Positions 46,073 through 60,711 are shown, counted from the stretch's first letter. The stretch: DNA of 64,000 bases from Eledone cirrhosa (GCA_964016885.1 OZ024758.1:10292001-10356000); one strand, 5' to 3'. The notes: generated from the sequence alone by a model not told the origin. Program-made: numbers and translations.

Positions 46073-46689
46073 GATACACCCAGGCATTGCATGGACGGAC
46101 ACGGTTGTGTGATTTGTAGGAGATACACTCAGGCATTGCATGGACGGACACGGTTGTGTGATTTGAAGGATATACACTCAGGCATTGCATGGACGGACAT
46201 GGTTGTGTGATTTGAAGGAGATACACCCAGGCATTACATGGACGGACACGGTTGTGTGATTTGAAGGAGATACACTCAGGCATTGCATGGACGGACACGG
46301 TTGTGTGATTTGAAGGAGATACACTCAGGCATTGCATGGACGGACACGGTTGTGTGATTTGAAGGAGATACACCCAGGCATTGCATGGACGGACACGGTT
46401 GTGTGATTTGTAGGAGATACACTCAGGCATTGCATGGACGGACACGGTTGTGTGATTTGAAGGATATACACTCAGGCATTGCATGGACGGACATGGTTGT
46501 GTGATTTGAAGGAGATACACCCAGGCATTGCATGGACAGACACGGTTGTGTGATTTGAAGGAGATACACCCAGGCATTGCATGGACGGACACGGTTGTGT
46601 GATTTGAAGGAGATACACCCAGGCATTGCATGGACGGACACGGTTGAGGTGATTTGAAGGAGATACACTCAAGCATTGCATGGACGGAC
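46073..46689. repeat. 49-bp minisatellite x~12.6
   Basis: GATACAC(C/T)CAGGCATTGCATGGACGGACACGGTTGTGTGATTTGAAGGA head-to-tail. Confidence 0.95.
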
Positions 46690-47077
46690 AGAGAAAGAGA
46701 GAGTCGCTCCCGGCAGAAGTCGGACGATAGATTTTTACTTCTGACAACAAAAAAAGTAAACGAGAAAATAAAGTATATTTGAGCAAAGATTGTGGGCTGT
46801 TATCGATGAACATACTGAAAAAATGTTTACAGCTGATTACGGTGATTCCAGAAAGTATATAATGCATGGTGAGTGAGCAGACTTCACTACTGGCTCGCCA
46901 ACCATGGTTGGGTGGCTAATCCTAAATATATTTTATATTGTATATTACATCTTGTGTTAATTGTGAGTTTTATAAAATATATTTTGTGTCCTAGAAAGTA
47001 TTTCTGGTTCTTCGTAGGGTTCCTTGATTGACTCTAATATCCATCATTGGGACTTTATCATATATATGTATACTTAT

Positions 47078-47395
47078 GTCAACTCTGGATGTCGGTGAGC
47101 ATGTCCAGCTAACCTCAGTCTCCTCTGTGTCACTTTTGAGCTGACTCTTGGGATGCTCCCATACAGCTCTGAGTTTTTCATCCTCAGTGTATACTGATTA
47201 ATGTTCAGAGCCACCCTCAGCATTGGGAGCCCCTACATGGACACACTAGAAGAGAAAGACCAAGGTTAACGTATGTTGATGCCCTAAGGACAGACACTGG
47301 TCTGTTGGAGACGCAGGACATGGCAGCGATAATGAGGGACAGAGACCGCTGGAGAGAACTCGTTCATGGATCTCGGGAATTTTACCCGCCTTAGA
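47078..47395 (+). mobile_element. RTE-clade LINE 3' end with 5' inversion and 12-bp TSD
   Basis: Minus 47223-47078 encodes MLRVALNINQYTLRMKNSELYGSIPRVSSKVTQRRLRLAGHAHRHPELT. Plus 47224 onward encodes WEPLHGHTRRERPRLTYVDALRTDTGLLETQDMAAIMRDRDRWRELV. TSD ATGTATACTTAT (47066-47077) / ATGCATACTTAT (47396-47407). Confidence 0.85.
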
Positions 47396-47775
47396 ATGCA
47401 TACTTATTTCAAACTTTATCAAATTTTAGCGTCCTTGCCCCTATCATCGTATTTATAGAACTTATTTTTGCCCAGCCCCAGATATTGCAATCCCTATATT
47501 TATTGTATATGTGCAAGCCTTTGTAATTAACACAGAAATCATTATTATTCATTTTATCATCATCATTAATAATATTAGTTACCAGAAGACTGAAAAGTGG
47601 TTAGAGAGAAAGAAAGGCATTAAAATATATAAAAATACAAATAGATATAAAGGTGAAAATATGATATAATATAACGTGATACGATGTATGTATGTATGTA
47701 TGTATGTATGTATGTATGTATGTATGTATGTATGTATGTATGTATGTATGTATGTATGTATGTATGTATGTATGT

Positions 47776-48260
47776 GTGACCCCTTAGCCTTTGTCAAGGC
47801 AGAATTCTAGGAGAAGGAAAACTCTGATATAACACCTGCAACCCTGATGGTATCCAATGATGTTGACTTGTTCTTCTTTTTGGTAAATATCATCTTGGTT
47901 AAGAGAGTGGGACTGGCTTTGTGCAGTGCCTTTGCTCACTGTAAAAGCTTCACGGCACAGGCATTGCTTTATATCTGGAGATCTCTCTGCACTTGTCGTC
48001 ACATGGTACCATGGGCCCAGCACTATGTGTCAATAATTGTCACAAGTGTAGTGTCTGTACCAGAGTTTTGAAGTCGCTGGCTGGACTAAAAAGTCACACT
48101 CGTACAGCGCATCGGTAGGGGTTCTCCTACATGGATATAAAGTAGTGGCCGTACTCGAAAACGAGTTGGCAGCCACAATGTATGTATGTATGTATGTATG
48201 TATGTATGTATGTATGTTATGTATGTTATGTATGTTATGTATGTATGTTATGTATGTATG
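47776..48260 (+). mobile_element. Family D retroposon with (ATGT)n tail, inserted in (ATGT)n
   Basis: Contains CTAGGAGAAGGAAAACTCTGA (recalled from RTE 5' regions and RTE-related SINEs). Ends GAGTTGGCAGCCACA(ATGT)n. Three copies share this 3' end with variable 5' truncation. Confidence 0.75.
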
Positions 48261-48398
48261 TTCTTTTGGTTTTATAATTTTATAAATTTTTACCAATATA
48301 GAGAGAGTCGGTTTCTAACATAGATACAAGACTTTCATTGGAATTTAAACATCATAAATAAACATCATAAATATGTCTGCAAATATATATATATATAT

Positions 48399-48457
<59 letters not shown>

Positions 48458-48533
48458 ATAAATGAACAGAGAACAAAAAACAGAAGCAGTACAAATGATA
48501 TTGTTTTTAGTTTCACGCTTGAGAGTGGGGTGT

Positions 48534-48649
<116 letters not shown>

Positions 48650-48772
48650 GGAGGTGAGTTTTATTGTAGTACAATAAAGCAATGCAGATATCGGATAAGA
48701 AGCACTCTACAGTTTGTAGGACTGGAGTATACATAATATATAAGAACAAAAGATGGTTAAAGGAGTTCCATG

Positions 48773-48843
48773 TATTTTATTATGCGCATTTCAAAAACAA
48801 ATATCATCATGCAATAATATTTGTGTTTTCATCAGATAAAACA
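48773..48843 (-). ncRNA. Type I hammerhead ribozyme (family E, tail-sense arm)
   Basis: Mirror of 48966-49036. Confidence 0.82.
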
Positions 48844-48965
48844 GGAGGACATGATATGAAGGCTAAAAAACACTTGTGGATAGTTCAGTTTTAAATCAAC
48901 ATATGATATGTTGATTTAAAACTGAACTATCCACAAGTGTTTTTAACCTTCATATCATGTCTTCC

Positions 48966-49036
48966 TGTTTTATCTGATGAAAACACAAATATTATTGCAT
49001 GATGATATTTGTTTTTGAAATGCGCATAATAAAATA
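48966..49036 (+). ncRNA. Type I hammerhead ribozyme (family E)
   Basis: UGUUUUAU-CUGAUGA-[16-bp stem II, GCAU loop]-GAAA-UGCGCA-UA|AUAAAAUA. Minimal stem III with palindromic AUGCGCAU. Confidence 0.85.
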
Positions 49037-49064
49037 CATGGAACTCCTTTAACCATCTTTTGTT

Positions 49065-49168
<104 letters not shown>

Positions 49169-49401
49169 CAAAGAATTGACAACTTACAGCAAATATCATC
49201 TTGTTTGGTGGGGTATCTGGTGTATTCACTGGCGTTGCTGATAGCATCAGCCGTCTTCACTAGTTCCAGTTGTGCTCGATAATGCATGGTTGTGTCACTT
49301 AGTTTAAACACACACATACATTTATATAATATATATACACTCAGATGCACATATGCATATGTATAATATATGTATATATGTGTGTGCACACTCAAACGCA
49401 C

Positions 49402-49433
<32 letters not shown>

Positions 49434-49875
49434 ATTTATGTTTATATATTTATATATGTATTAAAATTTTGTTTGATAAATTAATTGTGGGTATGTTATA
49501 TATAAATACCTTTGTAAATTATGATTTAAAAATACATACATACATATATATATATATATACGTATCAATATACACATACACACAAATACATATTTACGTA
49601 ATTGTAGAAAAATATATGTATATATATATAAATATATTAGTATGTATGAGTCTATTAACTATGTATAGTGTATATAATAATGATGAATGTATAAATGTAT
49701 AAATGTATAAATGTCAGTATGTAAACTGTGATCTTTAATAATTTAGACTAGAATAATGATGGATCGAATTCCTCTCCTATTTATTGACTTATATTTTCCA
49801 ATATATGAAAAAAATCTTGCCTTTCCATCGGAATATTTTCCAAATATTATTTGTATTGTGATTGTTGTTTGCTTC

Positions 49876-49906
<31 letters not shown>

Positions 49907-51108
49907 GTTATTATTATTATTATTATTTATTATTTATTATTTATCATTATTTATTAATTATTATTAGTTGTTGATATAGATATAATTATATATACCTATC
50001 CATCTATCTTTCATCAATCTATTTGTTTATGTATTTATACACACACATACATACATATGTATATATGCATTTCACTATTTAGGAACATATTAAGTCAATA
50101 TCCGTTTTATGTTGTGTATGCTGCATCGTGTGAGCAAGTCTGTGAGTTAGTGTGTACAATAGTGTGTGCTTTAGTGTATTTGTTTGTGTTTGTGTATATG
50201 TTTGTATATGAAATTTTTTCTCTTTTGTCATCAAGGAATTTTCTTATTTTTCCTTTTTGTTATTGTATCAGTAAATTTCCACAAAATATATTGCACAGAA
50301 CAGTATATAATATATATACAATATATATATATGGCTTTAAATAAAATCCGAGATGACTCCTTTCTCTTCCGCTATATAAAATATGTATATGCAATCGTTG
50401 AGATTTCCAGACGACAGCTGACGAAGGGAATGTCCTGCAGTAGAAGGTTTAAGTAATACACACAAACTCATATATATGTATATATATATAATATATATAT
50501 TAATCAATCAATAATATATATATATATATTTATCTATATATATATATATAATATATTTTTTTTCTTTCTAAATGTATTAAAAGCAAAAATTATCAGTTGA
50601 GAATGTTAGGTGGTAAACCATATATAAACATGTATGAGTATATAAATATATATATATATATACATAAATATATATATATATATATGTGGGTGTGTGTATG
50701 TATGTATAAATATGAGATAAACACTGGCTGAGTCTGCAGCAGAAATAACACTACTTAAAACTATAGCATCCGATGTCTGAATGAAATATTATAAAGATAG
50801 AGGAACACTCTCTTTCTTAGTCGTGGCCTCTACCTCGTACTACTCCTCTTCCTCCTTCTTCCACTACACTTTCTTCCTCTCTATCTCCACCTCCCAATAC
50901 TCCTCCTAAAACTTCCTCCTCCTACTCTTTCTCCTTCCCCCTCCACAGTTTTTACTCCCCTCTCTAATGTTCCTGCTGCTTTGCTTTGCCCACCCCCCTC
51001 TCCTCCTCTTTCCTCTGTCGTTCGCTAAAGTGCGTGATGGGAGATTGCATGGTGATGGCAGTGGTGTGTGTGTGTGTGTGTGTGAGTATGTGCGTGTGTG
51101 TGTGAGTA

Positions 51109-51140
<32 letters not shown>

Positions 51141-51320
51141 AGTATGTGCGTGTGTGAGTGTGTGTGAGAGTGTGTGTGTGTGTGTGTGTGGAGGTGGTTG
51201 TTGTTCTGATGGTAGTAGCAGATGTATAGTGGCAGTAGTGGTTGTATGTATGTATGTATGTTTATATGTATGAATGTATGTATCTCTGTGTGTGTGTATA
51301 TAAATATATATATATATATA

Positions 51321-51368
<48 letters not shown>

Positions 51369-51849
51369 AATATGTGTGTGTGTGTGTGTAAAACGAGATT
51401 TACTTCTAAATATCGTTCGTTGTTGCTGTTGGTCAGCACTGATAGAACAAACTTATAAAAGCCTCTCCAGTCATGACCATTCCGTCAATTTCACAATCAG
51501 TCAACCCACTGCCCAGTTCGTCCTCCTTTATTTATGATGGTTAAATGTGACTTGTTTCTGTCAGTTGACTCTGGCCATGCTGTAGCACTGTTTTGTAAAA
51601 ATAAATGTGCACTTAACTACTATTAACTTGTTCGAGCCACGACAGGATTCCACACAGTCTCTGTCGACTAAATTTCATTCACAAGATATTGAATGGTCAG
51701 TACTATAGAATCTTAAGGAAAAAGGACTCGTTGAATAATGTAATCCTGAGTTCTTTGCTTACAGAAAATGATGGGAATGTCATGGGCTGAACGACAAAAA
51801 CAACAATTTTTCATGACCAAATGAATAATAATAATAATAATGATGATAA

Positions 51850-52100
51850 TAATAATAATGCTTTCTTTATTAACCACAAGGGTTTACATAAAGTAGACAT
51901 TAAGGACAGTACAGGATAATACAGGACGGTACAAATGGGCATTTCTGCGTGTAAAAAAAACAGAGGATGTATTAAAAAAATAACAATGAAAAATACCCCA
52001 ATAGGGGGGAGACTTCCGAGGGACATTTGTGGAGAAAGCCCATTAAAAGGCCACAGTGACCCTGACCACCATGGCAAGTGCCCTCTCCCAGTTTTCCACC
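51850..52100 (-). mobile_element. Tx1/L1-like LINE 3' end with (ATT)n tail
   Basis: Minus strand CCCCCTATTGGGG ... CCCTTGTGGTTAATAAAGAA, as in 1254-1643. Confidence 0.55.
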
Positions 52101-52959
52101 TTTAATTTACAGACACAATAATAATGATAATGATAATAATGATTTGTTTATTCGCCACAAGCGTTCACGTATATAATACAATAAAAAAACTATAAATATG
52201 TGTGTTTGGACAAACAAAAATATATTTAAATGAGGATTGAAGCAAGGATATTATATAATAGACAGATTGAAAATTTGAACTAAATATAAAATTATTATGA
52301 AATTTGAAAAGCATTTATGTGTGTGTGTGGGTAAGTTTTAGCAAGAGCATCCTACTCTACTCTCAACACACCCCATAAATTTTGTTCTTTCTGAAGATCA
52401 GCTCACACCTCAGCAAGCTGGCCTCATATGATGTTGCATCCCACAGGATGTTTCTTGGGTGTTTTAATAACAGGGGCTCCCGTTCATATACATAATGAAA
52501 AGCTACGTAAAAAAAGGGGAAGCATTTTGTTCAAGAACACACAATGCCATCCAGACCAGAAATCGAACCAACGACTTTACTTACCATCGTGAAATCCACA
52601 TCTAAATCTCTAAGTCACCTACCTGCACCAACGCAACAAATCAATAGTCGATATGTCAACAGTGGTACTTGAATGTTAGTTTATTTTATCGATGCCAAAA
52701 TAATCGATATCGACAAGTTTTGAACAGAAAACATAAAGGTGAGTGACTACACACAGCTGGACATTGCGATGGACACTCCACAATTTCAGGCTTAACAACA
52801 AAAATTACGGGTGTGCGTGTGTACAGACGTACATAGACACAAACGCACAAAATAGACTCACGCACAATGGCATACACATACACACTTTACACTTACAAAT
52901 AGACACGTACATACACACACATACACACGTACATACACACATGTAACATATATATATAT

Positions 52960-53046
52960 AATTGTTTCTACTTTAGGCACAAGGCCAGCAATTACCCAAT
53001 GCATTACTGGTACTTTATTTTATCGACCTCGTAAGGATGAAAGGCA
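52960..53046 (-). mobile_element. SINE A, 5'-truncated
   Basis: Consensus 3' ~87 bp. Confidence 0.88.
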
Positions 53047-53356
53047 TATATAGGCATAATATGACATGTAAACAGTATATATATATATATGTATGTATAT
53101 ATATATATGTATATGTATATATATGTATATATATATATATATACATATATATACATATATATATATACATATATATACATATATATATATATATATACAT
53201 ATACACACATACATACGTACACATACATACACTCTATTCATTCACAGAATCTTTCATCTTATCACCAAGACTTTCTCTTTCTTTCTTTCCTTTCTCTTTC
53301 TCCTCCCAATTTTCCTCTCACTGTTCATTCTTTATCTTTACTCCTATTCATAGACA

Positions 53357-53637
53357 CATACACACGCACGCACGCACACATAAACACACATACACACGCA
53401 CGCACGCACACATAAACACGCACGCACGCACACATAAACACACATACACACGCACGCACGCACACATAAACACACATACACACGCACGCACGCACACATA
53501 AACACACATACACACGCACGCACGCACACATAAACACACACACACACGCACGCACGCATAAACACACATACACATGCACGCACGCACACATAAACACACA
53601 TACACACGCATGCACGCACACATAAACACATACACAC
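53357..53637. repeat. ~32-bp CA/CACG-derived minisatellite
   Basis: CACACATACACACGCACGCACGCACACATAAA repeated. Confidence 0.85.
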
Positions 53638-54171
53638 GAGGGATGGACCTCCTTCGCTGGTTTCAACGATGTGTGTTCCAGTTGGTTGACCAACGGAATG
53701 GCAAGCTTGTAAGTGGCTGAATATTCCTTAGACCCGTAACGTTATTCTCAGGGAGATTCAATATGAGACAGTGTGTGACAAGGCTTGTCCTTTGAATTAC
53801 AAGTGAAGTTCATAGTTTCTATCTACCAAATTTCTCTCACGGGGCATAAGTTGACTCAAGACTATGGTAAATGACATTTGTCCAAGATGTCACGTGATAA
53901 GATCGAACCCGGGACCCAATCATTACCAAGTAAACTTGTTAACAACCCTGCCCTACACACACTTGCTTCTGCATCTATTCTTTCTCTTTCGTTCCACACG
54001 GATTAAACAAAGTTATATTCTTACACAAACATCAATATAAATAGACACGCACACGCGCACACACATGGTCTCATATACACATATACATTATGTGTTTGTG
54101 TGGTGTGTATTTCTGTGCACATATAAATACATATTTGTATGTGTGTGTCTGCGCGCTTGTATGTGAGTGAA

Positions 54172-54222
<51 letters not shown>

Positions 54223-54824
54223 TACTATGCTTTCCTTTATTAACATGCCACCCCTGCTACTTTCTTTGCCTCTCACTGCAACTCTTTCCAGTATCACTTT
54301 CACAACGAAGTTTCAAAGTTACCACGCCTACCATTGAATATAAACACTCCCTCCAACATCCATGCAAATCATAACGATATAGCCACGCCCTTTTTTGTTA
54401 CCTATTTACCACGTTTTATTTAACCTTACCGATTGCCCCGCCTATTTGTTTTGCCAAACTAACCAATCCATATTGAGTATCTGGTCAATGAACACATCAC
54501 GGCTGTTCCTTCGTTTGTGCTTACAATGAAACACCTTTTGCGGATGTAATGTTTTGTTTTGGTCATTAATGACTATATGCTTCACATGTAGACACACACA
54601 CACATACATACATAGGCACATACACACACAGACACATACACACACAGAAACATGCACATTCAGAAACACACAGACACACAGACTCATACACACAGTCAGA
54701 GACACATACACAGACGCAGAGACAAATATACACACATATTTACATACATACGTAGATATACGCACTAATAAAGATTTCGGAAAATATTCATTAACATAAA
54801 ATGTACACACACACACACACACAC

Positions 54825-54846
54825 ACAATTTTCCCCTCACATATAA

Positions 54847-54881
<35 letters not shown>

Positions 54882-54900
54882 ATTTTTCCCTCACATATAA

Positions 54901-54934
<34 letters not shown>

Positions 54935-54954
54935 TATTTTTCCCTCACATATAA

Positions 54955-55040
<86 letters not shown>

Positions 55041-55058
55041 TTTTTCCCTCACATATAA

Positions 55059-55090
<32 letters not shown>

Positions 55091-55167
55091 TATTTTCCCT
55101 CACATATAACCTCCTTCTTTCACACATACACACACACACACACACACTATTTTTCCCTCACATATAA

Positions 55168-55180
<13 letters not shown>
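54825..55180. repeat. Minisatellite, 6 units with variable (CA)n
   Basis: ATTTT(T)CCCTCACATATAACCTCCTTCTTT(CA)n. Confidence 0.9.
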
Positions 55181-55217
<37 letters not shown>

Positions 55218-55549
55218 TTCTCTCACTCTCTTACACATTCTGTTGTTCTGTTGTTCTTGCTCTGTAACCAACCAACCACCACCACCACCACCACCACCAC
55301 CACCACCACCACCACCACCACCACCACCACCACCACCACCACCACCACCACCACCACCACCATCCATAGACCTATTTACATACGGGTAATAAACGCGCTA
55401 CACTACACAAACTTATATGTAAACATACATGTAGGCTGTCCCTTTGAAACCACGTGGTTCCGGTTACAGAGTGTCATCTACTATGCCTTTGTTTGATCCA
55501 ATATTTTGTGAGTGGAAGGTGGTAGACAGAAACTGTACAGTAGCCCATC

Positions 55550-55578
<29 letters not shown>

Positions 55579-55602
<24 letters not shown>

Positions 55603-55831
55603 CTCTGTAAAAAAAATCTTTTTCCTACCTTTTCTCTCCCACCGCGCTCTTTTTTTAAATGTCTTTCCACCACTCCCCCACACCCTTGGAACTCTCTTCC
55701 TACCCACTTTTCTCCTGATAAAGGGCTTATGCCCGAAACGTCCCTACGTCACTCTCAAGCGTGAAACTAATACTAATATAATTTGTACTGCCTCTTCGTT
55801 TTTCTGTTTTTTGTTCTCTGTTTATTTATTA

Positions 55832-55835
<4 letters not shown>
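55579..55835 (+). mobile_element. Family N (TA)n-embedded element with a degenerate hammerhead (55715-55750)
   Basis: CUGAUAA-A-GGGC(UUAU)GCCC-GAAACGU(CCCU)ACGUC; stem I is not intact. The 3' ~80 bp recur inverted at 48453-48528. Confidence 0.6.
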
Positions 55836-55870
<35 letters not shown>

Positions 55871-55961
55871 GTTATATATACGTACATACATACATATATA
55901 TATGTATGTATGTACGTATATATAATATATATATAGATATTTTAATATCTATATATCTATA

Positions 55962-55992
<31 letters not shown>

Positions 55993-55995
<3 letters not shown>

Positions 55996-56248
55996 GATAA
56001 ATCTACCAAGAGTTTACGGTAGTGTCCAATCCGTATGAAGAACTCAATGTAATCCGGATATCATGGAAAGAAGAGATGCATTCAAAAATCACTTTCGGTG
56101 AAAGATAAACGGAATACAGAGTCAAGATAAAATATTAAAAAAATAATGAATAAAACAATGAAACAGTTCCTTATATTAAACATAAAATAATGAACTTTTT
56201 TTGTTTAATATAAGGAACTGTTTCATTGTTTTATTCATTATTTTTTTA

Positions 56249-56257
<9 letters not shown>
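55993..56257 (-). mobile_element. Family C element: tail + arm + inverted arm
   Basis: Inverted repeat ~56127-56182 / ~56202-56257; the tail is shared with 22929-23070. Confidence 0.82.
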
Positions 56258-56286
<29 letters not shown>

Positions 56287-56408
56287 TAACAGATTAAAGT
56301 TTAAGGAAAGAATCGCTGCTTTGACCCTTAACGGGATCTTAGTTTCACATTTATTATTATTACTATATATATATATATATATGTGTGTGTGTGCGTATGC
56401 GTATGTGC

Positions 56409-56439
<31 letters not shown>

Positions 56440-56982
56440 GGGGGGGTGACATATCAGGATTATTTCTTTAAAAGACTTTCTCCGGATTACTGTCTCGGAG
56501 ATTTCTATTGTGTAAAAATGATATTTATCTTTTATCGTTTTTTAAATTTCAAATTAATCCTTTTGTTTTTTTTCATCATTTTTCTCACCGTTTTACAAAT
56601 GGCCGTATGTTTCCTATTGATGTTTTAATATTTTAATTTAATTTCTAAATGTTTAATTTTATTTCTAAATGTTTTTAAATAAAGGATATAAAAAAAAAAG
56701 AGAGAAACCAGAAAAAAAAAAAAAAAATATTCCATTAATCCTGTATGAAATGCTGACGGTTCCCAATTATTTTTAGTATCCCCACTCAACGTGAAACATC
56801 GCTAATATTCAGTTTTGTAACCATCCGGTGATATCAAAACTCACATAAACACTCTATTATATATATACACCCATGCAAATATATACACCCATGCATGTAG
56901 TATACGTGTATGTAGAACCGTAACATCTAGAACCGTAATATATGAGATAGGTAAACGTGTACAAATACGACCCCCCTCTCTC

Positions 56983-57092
<110 letters not shown>

Positions 57093-57095
57093 GAG

Positions 57096-57232
57096 AACGG
57101 AGGAATTGTGGTAAGGAACCAGATGGACCATAACGTACCAGAGTACTCAATATTTAGGGTAATAGAGTGGGTAATAGTCTAAAAATAGCCGTCGAAACGG
57201 CTTGAGCTCTGCCGTCGGGGTCATACTTTTTC

Positions 57233-57235
<3 letters not shown>
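57096..57235 (-). mobile_element. Family B diverged copy
   Basis: Tail + inverted arm; the direct arm is almost absent. Confidence 0.8.
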
Positions 57236-57264
<29 letters not shown>

Positions 57265-57560
57265 CCACCGCTGTGCTACTCTGCATGTACCCATACAATG
57301 AGTAGTACAGAGTCGATACACACACACACACATATTTATGTATATATTAATCAGAACGATCAAGTTTCGTTTACATGAAATAAAATTTTTCCTGCGTAAC
57401 AGATCGATATACAATAAAAATTTCAATACATGCAGACGAAACTTCTTCGTTCTTATTAATATATACTCTGCCTGTGTATCGAGATTATTATAATGATTAA
57501 ACGATATATGTAACCTCAGCATCTTATTTTGTTATATATATATATATTATATACATATAT

Positions 57561-57631
<71 letters not shown>

Positions 57632-57656
57632 TTATATACATATATTATATATATAT

Positions 57657-57895
57657 TGATGAGTTAAACAAAATTCAATGAGTATAACAAAGAATGAGTT
57701 TTACAGTAGATTGCAAGCACTCTACGGTAAAATAATTTTCAGGAGTTATTAATATTAGAATATAAATATTAATAAAATGTCATGTATCATTATATTTTGT
57801 CTGATGAGGACGTATTGTTGTACATCCGAAATATGTATAATAAAATGTAATTGATCAAAAGAACATCTATTTTATTAATATTTATATTCTAATAT
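57657..57895 (-). mobile_element. Family F element: tail + short arm + long inverted arm
   Basis: TATTAGAATATAAATATTAATAAAAT (57753-57778) mirrors the terminus at ~57869-57894. Tail AAGCACTC at 57715-57722. Confidence 0.8.
57789..57851 (+). ncRNA. Type I hammerhead ribozyme (family F)
   Basis: AUUAUAUUUUGU-CUGAUGA-GGACGUAU(UGUU)GUACAUCC-GAAA-UAUGUA-UA|AUAAAAUGUAAU. 12-bp stem I. Confidence 0.85.
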
Positions 57896-58038
57896 ATTAT
57901 AGATATATACAAATATATATATATATACAAATATTATACAAATATATATATATATATATTTATACATATAAAATATATATGTATATTTATATATTTTTAT
58001 ATGTATAAATATATATTTATATGTATATATATATATTT

Positions 58039-58096
<58 letters not shown>

Positions 58097-58121
58097 TTAT
58101 ATATATATAAATATATGTGTA

Positions 58122-58159
<38 letters not shown>

Positions 58160-58754
58160 AATATATGTATATATAAAAATATAAATATATATAAATATAT
58201 CTATATATATAGATATAAATATATATTTATATATATAAATATAAATATATATGTATATATAAAAATATATTTATATTACTTTACATATATATATATAAAT
58301 AAAATGTATATACATAAATATATATATATATATATGTATTTATATTTATATATATAAATATATATTTATATTTATATATATAAATGAATATAAATATATA
58401 TGTATATATAAATATATATTTGTATATTTATGTATATAAATATATATTTACATTTATGTATATAAATATATATGTATTTATAAATAGATATTTATATTAA
58501 TATAACAAAAAAATAGTTTACATATTAATATAAATATAAATAAATATTTATATATTTATGTATATAAAAATATATTTACATTTATACATATAAATATATA
58601 TCGCTCTCTCTCTCTATATATAAATATATATTCATATATATGTATATATATTTATATACATAAATATATATTTATTTATATAAATATATATTTATATTTA
58701 TATATATAGATATATTCTTATATTTATATATATATAAATATATATTTATATATA

Positions 58755-58818
<64 letters not shown>

Positions 58819-58887
58819 AATATATATTCACAGTGTTACCATTATTAATGTAATAAATCAAAATCAAAATGTTTATTCAAGGTACAA

Positions 58888-59014
<127 letters not shown>

Positions 59015-59224
59015 TATACATATATATATATACATATATATATATTAGAACGTGATATTTTTTTACAAAATGAAAAAAAGCCGAGGTGTCCTACACGAAA
59101 AGCCTCCAGTTGCATTTTAGATTTCATCTTTTTTCCTTATAACTATATATATATATATATATATAATGTATACACACACACACACATACATATATATATA
59201 AAAAAAGATATACATATATCTATC

Positions 59225-59257
<33 letters not shown>

Positions 59258-59386
59258 GTACATAAATGGCCCTCTTCTGTGAAGAGTAGCAGTTATTATA
59301 TGATACATGGCTTGTATTAATTTGACTCATCACAATAAAAGGCAATTCATACACACACATATATATATATATGTATATGTACATAC

Positions 59387-59499
<113 letters not shown>

Positions 59500-59731
59500 T
59501 ATATATATTGATATATATTGATATCTGTAGACAGACACATATATACATATATACACATGTATATATATATGTATACATATATCTATACATATGTATTATA
59601 TACATGAATTATGCATACATTAATCATTATTTAAAAGTCATATATGAATTATACATAATATACATATATATTTATTAAACACACACACAGACACACACAT
59701 ATATATATATCATTTGCAGATACATATGCAT

Positions 59732-59820
<89 letters not shown>

Positions 59821-59921
59821 GTATATATATTTTATATAAATGTATTAATATGTATCGTTTTCAATGAAGTAACTATATTACGTCGATATCATACGGATAA
59901 TATCAATTATTACTCGTATGA

Positions 59922-59956
<35 letters not shown>

Positions 59957-59975
59957 CATATATATATATATATGT

Positions 59976-60032
<57 letters not shown>

Positions 60033-60162
60033 TGTGTGTGCACGCACCAGCTTACACACATATATGCTTGTAAACATTTTCATTCTGAACAAAATTCAGG
60101 CGTTTATATTTTATTCATATACAAACATATACATACAATTACACACATATGTATATACACAC

Positions 60163-60195
<33 letters not shown>

Positions 60196-60263
60196 CATAT
60201 ATATAAATATACATACATACACACAATTATATATATATATATATATATTTATATATGTATAGT

Positions 60264-60319
<56 letters not shown>

Positions 60320-60525
60320 TATATATATGTATATATATATATATATATATAGTTATATATATATGTATATATATATATATATATACAGTTATATATATAT
60401 GTATATATATATATATATATATAGTTATATATATATGTATATATATATATATAGAGAGAGAGAGAGAAATATTTATACATACAATTATATATATATATAT
60501 ATTAACGCACACACACACACACATA

Positions 60526-60560
<35 letters not shown>

Positions 60561-60711
60561 GCAATATATACATAGACACGCACACACAGACACACACGCA
60601 TGCTCAACCGTATACATCGGCCGCCCGCCACACACATACAAACACATACATATATGCGCATGCCTATGTATGTATGTATGTATGTATGTATGTATGTATG
60701 TATGTATGTAT

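Larger units (their letters stand above)
44959..47073 (+). repeat. 92-bp direct repeat pair (44959-45050 and 46982-47073)
   Basis: TTTTGTGTCCTAGAAAG...TATATATGTATAC occurs twice with one mismatch, 2023 bp apart. Confidence 0.92.

Noticed and set aside
46032-46676. 214-aa Cys-rich ORF
   Set aside because: It is a translation of the 49-bp minisatellite; the unit length is not a multiple of 3 and several frames are open.
55158-55496. Poly-Gly / poly-Thr ORFs
   Set aside because: This is an (ACC)n microsatellite.
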